In this document: positions 1 to 8,861 of the stretch, piece by piece
Layout of the letters: each line of letters opens with the position of its first letter
Numbering within the stretch: the first letter of the stretch is position 1
Assembly: GCA_020854825.1 (NCBI GenBank)
Contig: JAHKLY010000001.1
Location: 210,483 to 274,482, forward strand
DNA length: 64,000 nt
Source: Candidatus Micrarchaeota archaeon
Lineage (GTDB): Archaea > Micrarchaeota > Micrarchaeia > Anstonellales > JAHKLY01
Direction: 5' to 3'
Notes under the pieces: generated by a model
What the model saw: the letters and a program-made list of their open reading frames with translations, nothing else
What the model was told of the DNA's origin: nothing
The model's database searches: none
Program-made: the position numbers and the translations under genes

Positions 1-1
1 C

Positions 2-427
2 TCACAAATAGGAGAAGAAGTTAGAGGAAAACAAGAACCAATAAAACCTATGGTTAAAATCGCAGCAGCACACGGAATTCCCTATGCTGCATCAGCAAGC
101 ACAGGATATTTAATTGATTTAGAAAATAAAGTTAAAAAAGCACTTAATATTAAAGGCTCAAGATTTATTGATGTTTTATCTCCTTGTGTTCCAGGTTGGA
201 AATATGATCCTCAATTAACAGTTGAATTAGCTAAACTAGCTGTTGAAACAGGATTATGGAAATTAAATGAAATAGAAAATGGAGATATTAATAACGAAAA
301 AATTACAGTACAACCTTCTTTTAAACCAGTTGAAGAGTATTTAAAATTACAAGGCAGATTCAAACATTTAACTCCTGATGAAATCAAAATAATCCAAGCG
401 CGTGTAAATAAAGATTGGGGAAGATAA
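2..427 (+). CDS. porB: Pyruvate/2-oxoacid:ferredoxin oxidoreductase beta subunit, C-terminal part (truncated by window edge)
   Basis: Motifs AAHGIPYAASAS, LSPCVPGW, LAVETGLW and PVEEYLKLQGRFKHL; frame open to the left edge. Confidence 0.9.
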   Translation, partial: SQIGEEVRGKQEPIKPMVKIAAAHGIPYAASASTGYLIDLENKVKKALNIKGSRFIDVLSPCVPGWKYDPQLTVELAKLAVETGLWKLNEIENGDINNEKITVQPSFKPVEEYLKLQGRFKHLTPDEIKIIQARVNKDWGR

Positions 428-434
428 GTAGTTA

Positions 435-878
435 TTATTTTAATTTGAATTCAGAATTTAATAGTATATCTTGGAAATTATTTCTTAGGTGGGATTTTAT
501 AGTATCAGGGACTTTAATTGTTCCATTTTTTCTAAATTGTTCTGTCCACATATCTAAAAAATTCATTGATTGTTCAATTCTTTGATCCCATTCTTCTCTT
601 GGAATGTCAAAAAATATAAATATAGATTTTGTAATTTTCTTTAATTCTTCTAATCGTTCTTCTGTTGAATCTAATGAAAATATTTTACAAAAGGCGTCAA
701 TATTTATTTTAGGTAAGTCTTCTTCAGTAATTAATTTACAATATTCAAACTTAGTATTTGTTTTTAATTCACCAACAATTGAAGAACTAATTTGCGTTTC
801 GTGTTGTATAACTTTCACTACAAATTCTTTTCTACCTATTTGTATTGCATCATAAGTTATTTTATAGTTACTACACAT
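435..878 (-). CDS. Hypothetical protein
   Basis: 147-aa ORF with TATA-like TTTATAAA at 902-909, about 24-31 nt upstream of ATG. Confidence 0.6.
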   Translation of the reverse strand: MCSNYKITYDAIQIGRKEFVVKVIQHETQISSSIVGELKTNTKFEYCKLITEEDLPKINIDAFCKIFSLDSTEERLEELKKITKSIFIFFDIPREEWDQRIEQSMNFLDMWTEQFRKNGTIKVPDTIKSHLRNNFQDILLNSEFKLK

Positions 879-954
879 AAATATATTAGTACTAACAATT
901 GTTTATAAATGTTTCTTTTAACATTTAAAATCTTTTCAAAAAGTAAAAGATAGT

Positions 955-2709
955 TTAAAATATTTTCATAACAGTTAGATCAGTTATTTCTTTTAAAAGT
1001 TTTTTTTCATCTTCTGTTAAATCATCCGAAAAATTCGTTTTTATTATACGTGCTGTTTCTCTATTTATGTTAGTATATAAAATATCTTCTTCATTAAAGT
1101 CTTTCCCTGCAATTGGTTTTTCCATTGAAACAGCAACTTGCATTCCTTTTAAAGCTTCTTTAACACTTTCTCCTTTGTTTTGTATTGCTTTTATTTCTCC
1201 TAATAATTCTCCTTTAGAGTTTATTATTTTAAATCCTGTTTTTATTTTTCCTCCTAAAATTTCCACACCAAAAACCGCAGGTTTACTAACTCTGAAAATA
1301 TGATTTCTTAAAATTTGTATTTTAGCTGGCCAAATTAATCCTTTCATTACTAGTTCTTTATCTCTTTGTTTTTCTTTTTCAACCCAGTCTTTATATTTAT
1401 CGATTAAATCATAAACTATATTACTTTCAAAAATAATTATTTCATCTTCTTTTGCATATTCTTTTGCATCTTCATTTATTGAAACATTAAATCCTAAAAC
1501 AGCTCCTAAATATTTATCCATATTTTTCACAGCTTTTGCTCCTATTATATCAGTTTTTGTTATTTTGCCTATTCCTGCTTGTTTTATATTTATGTTTTCT
1601 CCTTTTAACATTTTTATTAAAGCTTCTGTTGAACCTAAAGTATCAGTTTTAACTATTACTCCTGCACCTTCTGATTCAAATAAAACTTTTTTTAATTGTT
1701 CTTCAATTTCTTTTGTTTGTTTTTCTTCATTTTCAAGTATCAAGAAAGGAGATCCAGGTATTGCATCTTCTAAATCTGGTGCAAATATTTTAAATCCAGA
1801 TGCAGCGTGAACTTCGTCAACATAAATAAATTTGTCTTTAATATTTTGTCCTGGCAAAGTTGGTTTTAGAATTCCCCTTATTTTTGTTTTTTTAACTCCT
1901 TTTAATGTCCCAAATAAAAAATCATCTCCTTTTTTTACTGTTCCGTCGTATATTATTACATCAATAGTTGTTCCTAATCCTTTTTCTTCTTTAACTTCTA
2001 AGATTGAGCCTTTACCTTTTCCTTTAACTTCAATGTTTAAGTTTTTTTCCAAGTATTTCTGGCTTATGCCTGAAATGTATAATAATAATTCTGCTAATCC
2101 TTCTCCTGTTTTGGCGCTCATGGGAACTATTAATATTTGTTTTGTCATTTCTTGTATTCTGTCAAATCTTTCAGTATCAAATCCATACTCATACATTTTT
2201 CCGACTACTTCATAAATTTTATTATCTAATAGTTCTTTTGTATATTCTGATTGCTGTTTTAAACTGTCCATAAAACAAAAACTAGTTTTAGAAGTCCATC
2301 CTTGTAATAAATCTATCTTATTTGCTGCTATTATAAAAGGAGTTTTATTTTGTTTTAATATTTTTATACTTTCAATTGTTTGTGGCTGTATTCCTTGATT
2401 AATATCAATAACTAGGACAGCTAAATCCGCTAAACTTCCCCCACGTTCTCTTAAAGATGTAAAAGCTTCATGTCCTGGTGTGTCTATGAATAAAATTCCA
2501 GGTAATTTAATTTCTAAGTTCATTTTTTCTAATTGATTTTTACAAATAGTTAATAAAACTTCTTTTGGGACTTCACTTGCAGATGTATGTTGTGTGATCG
2601 CGCCAGCTTCTTTTGAAGCTACTACTGTATTTCTAATTTTATCCAAAATAGAAGTTTTTCCATGATCTACATGACCCACGAATACACAGATACTTTGTCT
2701 TAATGCCAT
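955..2709 (-). CDS. infB: Translation initiation factor aIF5B (IF-2)
   Basis: GHVDHGKT, EAGAITQH, DTPGHEAF, NKID, SAKTGEG motifs; archaeal length. Confidence 0.97.
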   Translation of the reverse strand: MALRQSICVFVGHVDHGKTSILDKIRNTVVASKEAGAITQHTSASEVPKEVLLTICKNQLEKMNLEIKLPGILFIDTPGHEAFTSLRERGGSLADLAVLVIDINQGIQPQTIESIKILKQNKTPFIIAANKIDLLQGWTSKTSFCFMDSLKQQSEYTKELLDNKIYEVVGKMYEYGFDTERFDRIQEMTKQILIVPMSAKTGEGLAELLLYISGISQKYLEKNLNIEVKGKGKGSILEVKEEKGLGTTIDVIIYDGTVKKGDDFLFGTLKGVKKTKIRGILKPTLPGQNIKDKFIYVDEVHAASGFKIFAPDLEDAIPGSPFLILENEEKQTKEIEEQLKKVLFESEGAGVIVKTDTLGSTEALIKMLKGENINIKQAGIGKITKTDIIGAKAVKNMDKYLGAVLGFNVSINEDAKEYAKEDEIIIFESNIVYDLIDKYKDWVEKEKQRDKELVMKGLIWPAKIQILRNHIFRVSKPAVFGVEILGGKIKTGFKIINSKGELLGEIKAIQNKGESVKEALKGMQVAVSMEKPIAGKDFNEEDILYTNINRETARIIKTNFSDDLTEDEKKLLKEITDLTVMKIF

Positions 2710-2888
2710 TTTAATTACCTGAATTACTCATTAATAATAGTCATTAATTAATAAATTTTATATTAAAGTTTTAATATCAAAGAATATTTAAGCATTAGTC
2801 TTTGAATTTAAGTACTATATGAGTTTTTAATACTCTTAATGCATAATTTCTTGAATTAACGATTTTTTATTTATGTGTTTTTATCCGT

Positions 2889-4121
2889 TTAAATTATTGA
2901 ATAGAAAATATGGAAAGGCATTTTTATTATATCTTCTTTTTTGATTATGTCTACTCCTTCATATATGATTATTTTATATAATTTGGTATTTATTTCTTTA
3001 AATTGTTTAAATGTTTTATTTTTTGAACCAATTTCAATAAGATATTCGTCAAAAACAAAATCAATAGTTTCATGATAGAATATTTTTTCAAAATTAGCTA
3101 CAAATATATCTTCTCTCATAGTTCCTTTTAGTTCAGATTCTGGTATTGACATTTTTTTTGTATATAATTCACGTATTATAGGTATTGTAAAATAATATTT
3201 CCATTGTTTTCTTGCTACTGTTTTTCCTTTTTTATAAGGATAAACACGTTTTATTATTTCAACTTTTTCTAACAAATCTAACATTTCAGAGACAACACTT
3301 TTTGATATTCCTAAATCTTTTGCTATTGTTTCGTAACTGGTTTTTGTAGATACAGAAAGGATCAAAATAAGTCGTTCAAATTTAGATAAAGTTGAAGTTT
3401 CAATATTTCTAATTTTTGCAATATCTGAAAAAATTGCTTTTTCTACAAGATCTGCTAATGTTGATTTATCATTTTCAAGAAGGTATGGAGAATTAGTTTG
3501 TATATATTCATTAATAAGTTTTAATATATCCCATTCTTTAAGTTTATTTTGGATATAAATATCATAATGCATTGAGCTTCTTAATAGGTCTTCTGTATTT
3601 AATTTGAATTTATCCAGTAATATGTTATATTTTAAATATATAAATTCTCTAAAACTTAACATAGGTATTGATATGTAGATTGCTCTTCGTGCTAATAATT
3701 TTTTTGATTCTAAAAGATTAATTGAAGAAGAGCCACTTATATAAAATAACATTTTAGGATATTTATCATATGCTATTTTTATTTGTTCATCCCAATTAGA
3801 AATAGCATTTATTTCATCTAAAAAAATTACTGCATTTTGACCTATAATTCTTTCTGTTTCTTTTATCGCATCTAAGATATTTATTCTTAAAATAGATAGT
3901 TCTTCTCCGTGCAAATATATTCTATTATCTTCATTTGTTTCAAGATATTTTTGGAACATTAAAGTTGTTTTTCCACTTCCTCTCATACCATATAAAATAA
4001 TCATTCTTCCCTTGAGTTCATTATATATAAACCGTTTTTTATATTCTTTGTATGATTGGCTTGTTTTTTCATATTCTAATTTAGAATTTCTAATGAATTG
4101 TGTAATATTTGGTTTTTCCAT
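2889..4121 (-). CDS. AAA_14 ATPase with wHTH and DUF4143-like C-terminus
   Basis: Walker A GMRGSGKT, Walker B IFLDE, SGSSS, HTH YETIAKDLGISKSVVSEML; start moved to ATG 4121 because the upstream extension reads through a repeat array. Confidence 0.85.
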   Translation of the reverse strand: MEKPNITQFIRNSKLEYEKTSQSYKEYKKRFIYNELKGRMIILYGMRGSGKTTLMFQKYLETNEDNRIYLHGEELSILRINILDAIKETERIIGQNAVIFLDEINAISNWDEQIKIAYDKYPKMLFYISGSSSINLLESKKLLARRAIYISIPMLSFREFIYLKYNILLDKFKLNTEDLLRSSMHYDIYIQNKLKEWDILKLINEYIQTNSPYLLENDKSTLADLVEKAIFSDIAKIRNIETSTLSKFERLILILSVSTKTSYETIAKDLGISKSVVSEMLDLLEKVEIIKRVYPYKKGKTVARKQWKYYFTIPIIRELYTKKMSIPESELKGTMREDIFVANFEKIFYHETIDFVFDEYLIEIGSKNKTFKQFKEINTKLYKIIIYEGVDIIKKEDIIKMPFHIFYSII

Positions 4122-4153
4122 ATAATTAGTTTGATTCATTAGGTATTTAAATG

Positions 4154-4289
4154 TTTGTTCTTTTGAACGAACAAAAGTAGTTGTTTTTGTTCTTTTGAAC
4201 GAACAATTAATCAAAAAATAGATAAAATAAACTTATTTGTTCTTTTGAACGAACAAAAGTAGTTATTTTTGTTCTTTTGAACGAACAAA
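4154..4289. repeat. Four copies of a 22-bp palindromic unit TTTGTTC-TTTTGAAC-GAACAAA upstream of the AAA ATPase
   Basis: Copies start at 4154, 4186, 4236 and 4268; two pairs with 32-bp period, pairs 82 bp apart. Confidence 0.9.
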
Positions 4290-4317
4290 TTTTCTATTAA
4301 ACCAGTTTAAGTACAGA

Positions 4318-4670
4318 CTAAGATAATTTAATTGTTTTATCTATTTTCACTAAAATTGCGCCTTTAGAAGGAAGACTTTTATTCCCGGGCATATTTTTTA
4401 CAAAATCTTTCCATTTTCCTTGCTCAAAATACTGCGCTTTACCAATTAATTTAATGCCTTCTTCTCCTTTTTAAACAGCTAGACAAACATTAGTATTTTC
4501 TTTTATGTTTTTTTTGTTTGTACCATAAAATTATCAGTTATTATTAATTCATTATCTGAAATAACTCTAACTTCAGCTACTGCAATAACATTAGGATTTC
4601 CATGTTTATCTGCAGTTGCAAATGCTAATGGGTTTTTTTCAATCAATTTTTTTTGATCAGAGTTTATCAT
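4318..4670 (-). pseudogene. Pyridoxamine 5'-phosphate oxidase-like FMN-binding protein pseudogene
   Basis: Reads MINSDQKKLIEKNPLAFATADKHGNPNVIAV...ITDNFM; 1-nt frameshift in an A8 run (4508-4515), then NVCLAV, in-frame TAA, KGEEGIKLIGKAQYF...PSKGAILV. Confidence 0.8.
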
Positions 4671-4675
4671 TTTTA

Positions 4676-5980
4676 TCACTCATAATAAACTATTCTTTTG
4701 CCAATTCCCCATTTTTTAATTGCAGCGCCTAATTCTTTGTGTTCTTTTGCATATTCTAAAATATCTTGTTTTTTCATAAATGAATCTATTGCTTGGCGCA
4801 TTGCTTTAGCGCCTGATCTAACTCCATTTGGGTGGCCTGCAACTCCTCCGCCTGCTTGTAAAAATAGGTCGGTTCCGCCCCTGTTTATTGTTTCAGGTAT
4901 AACTCCTGGATATAATCCACCTGAAGAAACAGGCATTACATATTTAATGTTATGCCAATTTTGTTCTAAAACATGTTCTTTATCATTTTCATCTATTCTT
5001 TTTTTAACTAATGCGTCTCGTATGTTCAATTCTTCTTTATATTCACTTCTCATTTTTCCCATCCCAAATGTTCCAATATGTAATGAATCAGAGCCGATTA
5101 ATCTGGCTATTTTTGCAACAGCAAGCATTGTCATCCCATTTCTTGGATTATGTGTAAACATCCCATGTCCTGCTCTATGTGCATGAACTATTAGATTAGG
5201 GTGATGATTTCTCAAAGTTTCAAATCCTGCCCATCCGCATGTTAAAATATCTATCATAGTTATTCTTCCTCCATGATCATTTATAAATTGTGCCCTTCTT
5301 AGCATTTCATTAGATTCAGCAGACACATTGCAAACATATAATTTTTTCTCTCCTGTTTCACTTTCTACTTTATCTCTCATTTCTAAAGTTCTTATTACTC
5401 TTTCTTCAAATTTATTAAATTTCATATCTGTTAAGTTTTCATCATCTTTTACTAAATCTAATCCTCCACTCCATGCTTCATATGCATATTGTGCGTGTCC
5501 TTTAGCAGTTCTTCCAACTTTTGGTTTTACAATTGTACCACAAAAAGGTCTTTTTTTGATTTTAGCAATTTTTCTTATACCTTCAATTCCATGTTCTGGT
5601 CCTTTAAATGATTTTATGATATCTTTTGGAAATGAAATATCTAATAATCTTAAGTTTTTCAATTCTTTCATTCCAAAAATATTTCCTGCTATTGCACTCA
5701 TTATTTGTGACATATTTCCAGTTTCAAATAATCCAGAAGGATAAGCAATTTTTATTGTTTTATCTTTTGTATTAATATAAAATATATGTGGAGTTATTTT
5801 TTTTCTTAATGCTGGTGAAATACCCCCAACATCTGTCCATGTTCCGATTGATGATTCAGCAGTTATGTGTTCTGCTGCTTCTTTCAAAGTTAATTGTTTT
5901 TTTAATTTCCCTGGCTCAACATAAAATTTGCATATTAAATCATTTTCTTTTGGTTTGTATTTTAAATTTGTAAAGCCCAT
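4676..5980 (-). CDS. rbcL: RuBisCO large subunit, archaeal form III-type
   Basis: AESSIGTW, GTIVKPKVG, GGLDLVKDDENL, HAHRAGH, GKM loop 6, PVSSGGL, QAGGGVAGHP; GGTGA RBS before ATG 5980. Confidence 0.93.
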   Translation of the reverse strand: MGFTNLKYKPKENDLICKFYVEPGKLKKQLTLKEAAEHITAESSIGTWTDVGGISPALRKKITPHIFYINTKDKTIKIAYPSGLFETGNMSQIMSAIAGNIFGMKELKNLRLLDISFPKDIIKSFKGPEHGIEGIRKIAKIKKRPFCGTIVKPKVGRTAKGHAQYAYEAWSGGLDLVKDDENLTDMKFNKFEERVIRTLEMRDKVESETGEKKLYVCNVSAESNEMLRRAQFINDHGGRITMIDILTCGWAGFETLRNHHPNLIVHAHRAGHGMFTHNPRNGMTMLAVAKIARLIGSDSLHIGTFGMGKMRSEYKEELNIRDALVKKRIDENDKEHVLEQNWHNIKYVMPVSSGGLYPGVIPETINRGGTDLFLQAGGGVAGHPNGVRSGAKAMRQAIDSFMKKQDILEYAKEHKELGAAIKKWGIGKRIVYYE

Positions 5981-6072
5981 AAATATCACCTTAGTAATAT
6001 ATTTTATTAAGCTTTTTATTAGTTTGTGTTTGTTTTAAATAGAAATATAAATATATTACTTAAAATTAAATT

Positions 6073-7395
6073 GTGGAAATTACTTTTTATGGTGGAGCGC
6101 AGGAAGTTGGAAGAAGTTGTATTAATGTTCTTTCTAAAACAAAACAAATAATGCTTGACTGCGGCATAAAATTAGGGGATCCGATTGAATATCCAATAAT
6201 TCCTAAAAAAGATTTTAAACGCATTAAATATATTGTTCCTACTCATACACATCTAGACCATATAGGATATTTACCTCACATTATACAAAGGTCAAAAAGT
6301 GCTAAGATTTATGCTACAAAACCAACAAGGGATCTAATGCAGTTATTATTATCTGATTATCAAAGACTACAAGAAAAAAAAGAGTTTTCAACAAAAGATG
6401 TTGAAAAAGTTTTAGAAAAAACACAACAAGTAGAATATAAAGAAAAAATAAAATCAAAAGGAATGTTTTCCTTCATTTTATATAATTCTGGACATATTTT
6501 GGGGGGAGCAATGGTTAAAGTAGAGGATAAATGTGATTTATTATATACTGGTGATTTAAATTTAAGAGAAACAAAAATAACTGAAGGTGCTCAACTAGGA
6601 ATTAAAGCAAAAAATTTAATTTTAGAATCAACTTATGGGGGAAAAACTGATAAATTACCTTCTTTAAAAATAGCATCTCAAAATTTAATTGAATCAATTA
6701 AAGAAACTTTAATTGCAGGAGGGTATGTTTTAATTCCAACATTTGCTGTTGGGAGAGGACAAAACATAATGATGGTTATTGAAAGTTATATGAGATCTGG
6801 AGCTTTACCTAAGGTGCCTATTTACACAGATGGCATGGTGAATAGGGCAAATAGGATTTATAGGCATAATGTTATTTATGCAAAAGAAGAAATTAAAATG
6901 AGAATTTTAATGAGTGATGAAGATCCATTCAAAAGTCCTTTTTATAAAATACCACAAACAAGAGATAGAAGTGATGTTTTATCAGAACCTTGTATTATTT
7001 TATCAACATCTGGTATGCTAACTGGTGGCCCAGTTTTAACTTATTTACAAAAATTAATTGAAGATCCTAAAAATAAATTGATTATTGTTGGTTATCAAGT
7101 AGACGGTTCATTAGGTAGAAAATTGATAGATGGGGAAAAATATGTTGAGTTAGGACATGGAGAAGATAAAAAAGAATATGAAGTTAGAATGAAAGTTGAA
7201 ACTGTTCCATTTTCAGGACATTCTGATCATGATGAATTAGTTAAATTCACTAAATCTATTAAAGGATTAAAAAAAGTATTTTTAATGCATGGTGAACCAA
7301 GAAAAATTGATGAGTTAGCGCAGGATATTCAAAAACATCTTAAACAAGTTGAAATAATAATTCCAAAAAATGAAGAATCATTTAAAATTGATTAA
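6073..7395 (+). CDS. Beta-CASP metallo-beta-lactamase ribonuclease (aCPSF family, no KH domains)
   Basis: GGAQEVGRSC, THTHLDHIG, SGHILG, ESTYG, FAVGRGQ, FSGHSD, HGE. Confidence 0.92.
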   Translation: MEITFYGGAQEVGRSCINVLSKTKQIMLDCGIKLGDPIEYPIIPKKDFKRIKYIVPTHTHLDHIGYLPHIIQRSKSAKIYATKPTRDLMQLLLSDYQRLQEKKEFSTKDVEKVLEKTQQVEYKEKIKSKGMFSFILYNSGHILGGAMVKVEDKCDLLYTGDLNLRETKITEGAQLGIKAKNLILESTYGGKTDKLPSLKIASQNLIESIKETLIAGGYVLIPTFAVGRGQNIMMVIESYMRSGALPKVPIYTDGMVNRANRIYRHNVIYAKEEIKMRILMSDEDPFKSPFYKIPQTRDRSDVLSEPCIILSTSGMLTGGPVLTYLQKLIEDPKNKLIIVGYQVDGSLGRKLIDGEKYVELGHGEDKKEYEVRMKVETVPFSGHSDHDELVKFTKSIKGLKKVFLMHGEPRKIDELAQDIQKHLKQVEIIIPKNEESFKID

Positions 7396-8791
7396 ATAAG
7401 ATATCACAAAAGATCCATTCAGCACTTAATCCTAAACTTGAATTTCCTTCTCCTGCTGAACCTAATATTCCAAATTTTAAATGTTCATTTCCAGCAGAAA
7501 TTGATCCAAAGTATCTATTGTCTCTTGTTTGTAAAACTAAATCTACCTCAAATTTATCTTTATTTCCAATAGTTAAATCAGTTCTAATAACAGGACTTAA
7601 AACATAATATGTATATTTGGGATTTTTTTCTATTTTTCCATTTGCTCCGATTTGGATTGTTAATATTTCTGGAAATTGTAAAAATACTGTTGCCCCTCCA
7701 TGGATTTCTTCCCAGTTTGTAATAGTTATGAATTTGCTATCTGCATACATAGTTCCTAATCCCAGAAAGTATTTTCCATTTCCAAAATTGGCATTTTGAA
7801 AAACTAATTTAAAACCTAATTCTCCTCTTGATCTTGGTTTTATTTTTATTTTTTCAGTATCTTCTTTATAGTTTATTGTTTCGTCTCTATCTCTGTATTT
7901 TAAATTTTGATCTAATCCTGCAATAGCTGTAAAATATGTTTGCAAAGGAGTTATTTCAAATTGAAATTCACCTCTTAAATTTGTACATATAGTTGTTCCT
8001 ATAAATTCATTTATAATATCTTTAAATATTATATTTTCAGAAATTGGTTTGTAAATTGTTATTCCTGCATCTAAAGTTGCTTTTTCAAAAACTATTCCTT
8101 TATATTTTGGTTTTGAACCATCTGGACATAATGCTTCTGGATTTATTGTTCCTCTTAGAAAATATGAATTTGTTGGTTGCATAATAATGTCTGATTTTTC
8201 CTCGTTTATTGTTATAATTAAAGAAGAAACTAAAGGTTCTATCCCAAGATTATGGATTCTTTCACCAGTAACTGGATCTCTTCCAAATATTTCTAAAAAT
8301 GCTTGTCTCATGTTTATTTCATTATTACTTAATTTATTTATTATTTGGTTAGCTTGATTAACATAGATATTATCTATTCTAGATAATAAAGGAATAATTC
8401 CTTTTTGTATTTCTAATATAAAATTATTTTTGATATTTAAATTATTTGCAAAAAAAACATAATTGGCTGAATAACTTGCCATATTTTTTGAAGAATTTAG
8501 CAAATTATCTATTAAGGGCCCTACAAAACTATTCAAATCAGAACCAACCCCAACAAATTCAATACCTTCTGTTAATTCTAATATGTTTTCTTTATTTTGT
8601 CCTCTGTCATTCAATTCAATATCTAATTTTTTAATATCTACTTGAGAACTTGAAGTATTTGAATAATACGAATTATTTATATATTGTGCATTAGTAGTTT
8701 TGGGCATTATTCCTTTTAATAATGCAAAACCCATTCCAGTATACAACATAATGTTTCCAATAATCTTTATAGTTTTATTTTTAAGTTTCAT
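7382..8791 (-). CDS. Secreted protein with predicted C-terminal beta-barrel-like domain
   Basis: Signal peptide (basic N-terminus, TNA|QY); FGRDPVTG motif shared with 11346..15251; about 13 alternating beta-strands. Confidence 0.65.
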   Translation of the reverse strand: MKLKNKTIKIIGNIMLYTGMGFALLKGIMPKTTNAQYINNSYYSNTSSSQVDIKKLDIELNDRGQNKENILELTEGIEFVGVGSDLNSFVGPLIDNLLNSSKNMASYSANYVFFANNLNIKNNFILEIQKGIIPLLSRIDNIYVNQANQIINKLSNNEINMRQAFLEIFGRDPVTGERIHNLGIEPLVSSLIITINEEKSDIIMQPTNSYFLRGTINPEALCPDGSKPKYKGIVFEKATLDAGITIYKPISENIIFKDIINEFIGTTICTNLRGEFQFEITPLQTYFTAIAGLDQNLKYRDRDETINYKEDTEKIKIKPRSRGELGFKLVFQNANFGNGKYFLGLGTMYADSKFITITNWEEIHGGATVFLQFPEILTIQIGANGKIEKNPKYTYYVLSPVIRTDLTIGNKDKFEVDLVLQTRDNRYFGSISAGNEHLKFGILGSAGEGNSSLGLSAEWIFCDILFNQF

Positions 8792-8861
8792 GTATTATTT
8801 AGTGTCTTTTTGAGTATATAAATGTTTTGATAAAATTAAAAAAGGAAAAAACAGTTTAATT

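Noticed and set aside
4122-4214. N-terminal extension of the AAA ATPase ORF
   Set aside because: It is a translation of the repeat array; a TATA-like element near 4145 and ATG 4121 fit better
4154-4289. CRISPR array
   Set aside because: Spacers are only 10, 28 and 10 nt, the first and third are nearly identical, and there are no cas genes in the window
4318-4670. Stop-codon reassignment or programmed frameshift
   Set aside because: Two independent lesions in one gene, and conserved genes end normally at TAA, TAG or TGA; pseudogenisation is simpler
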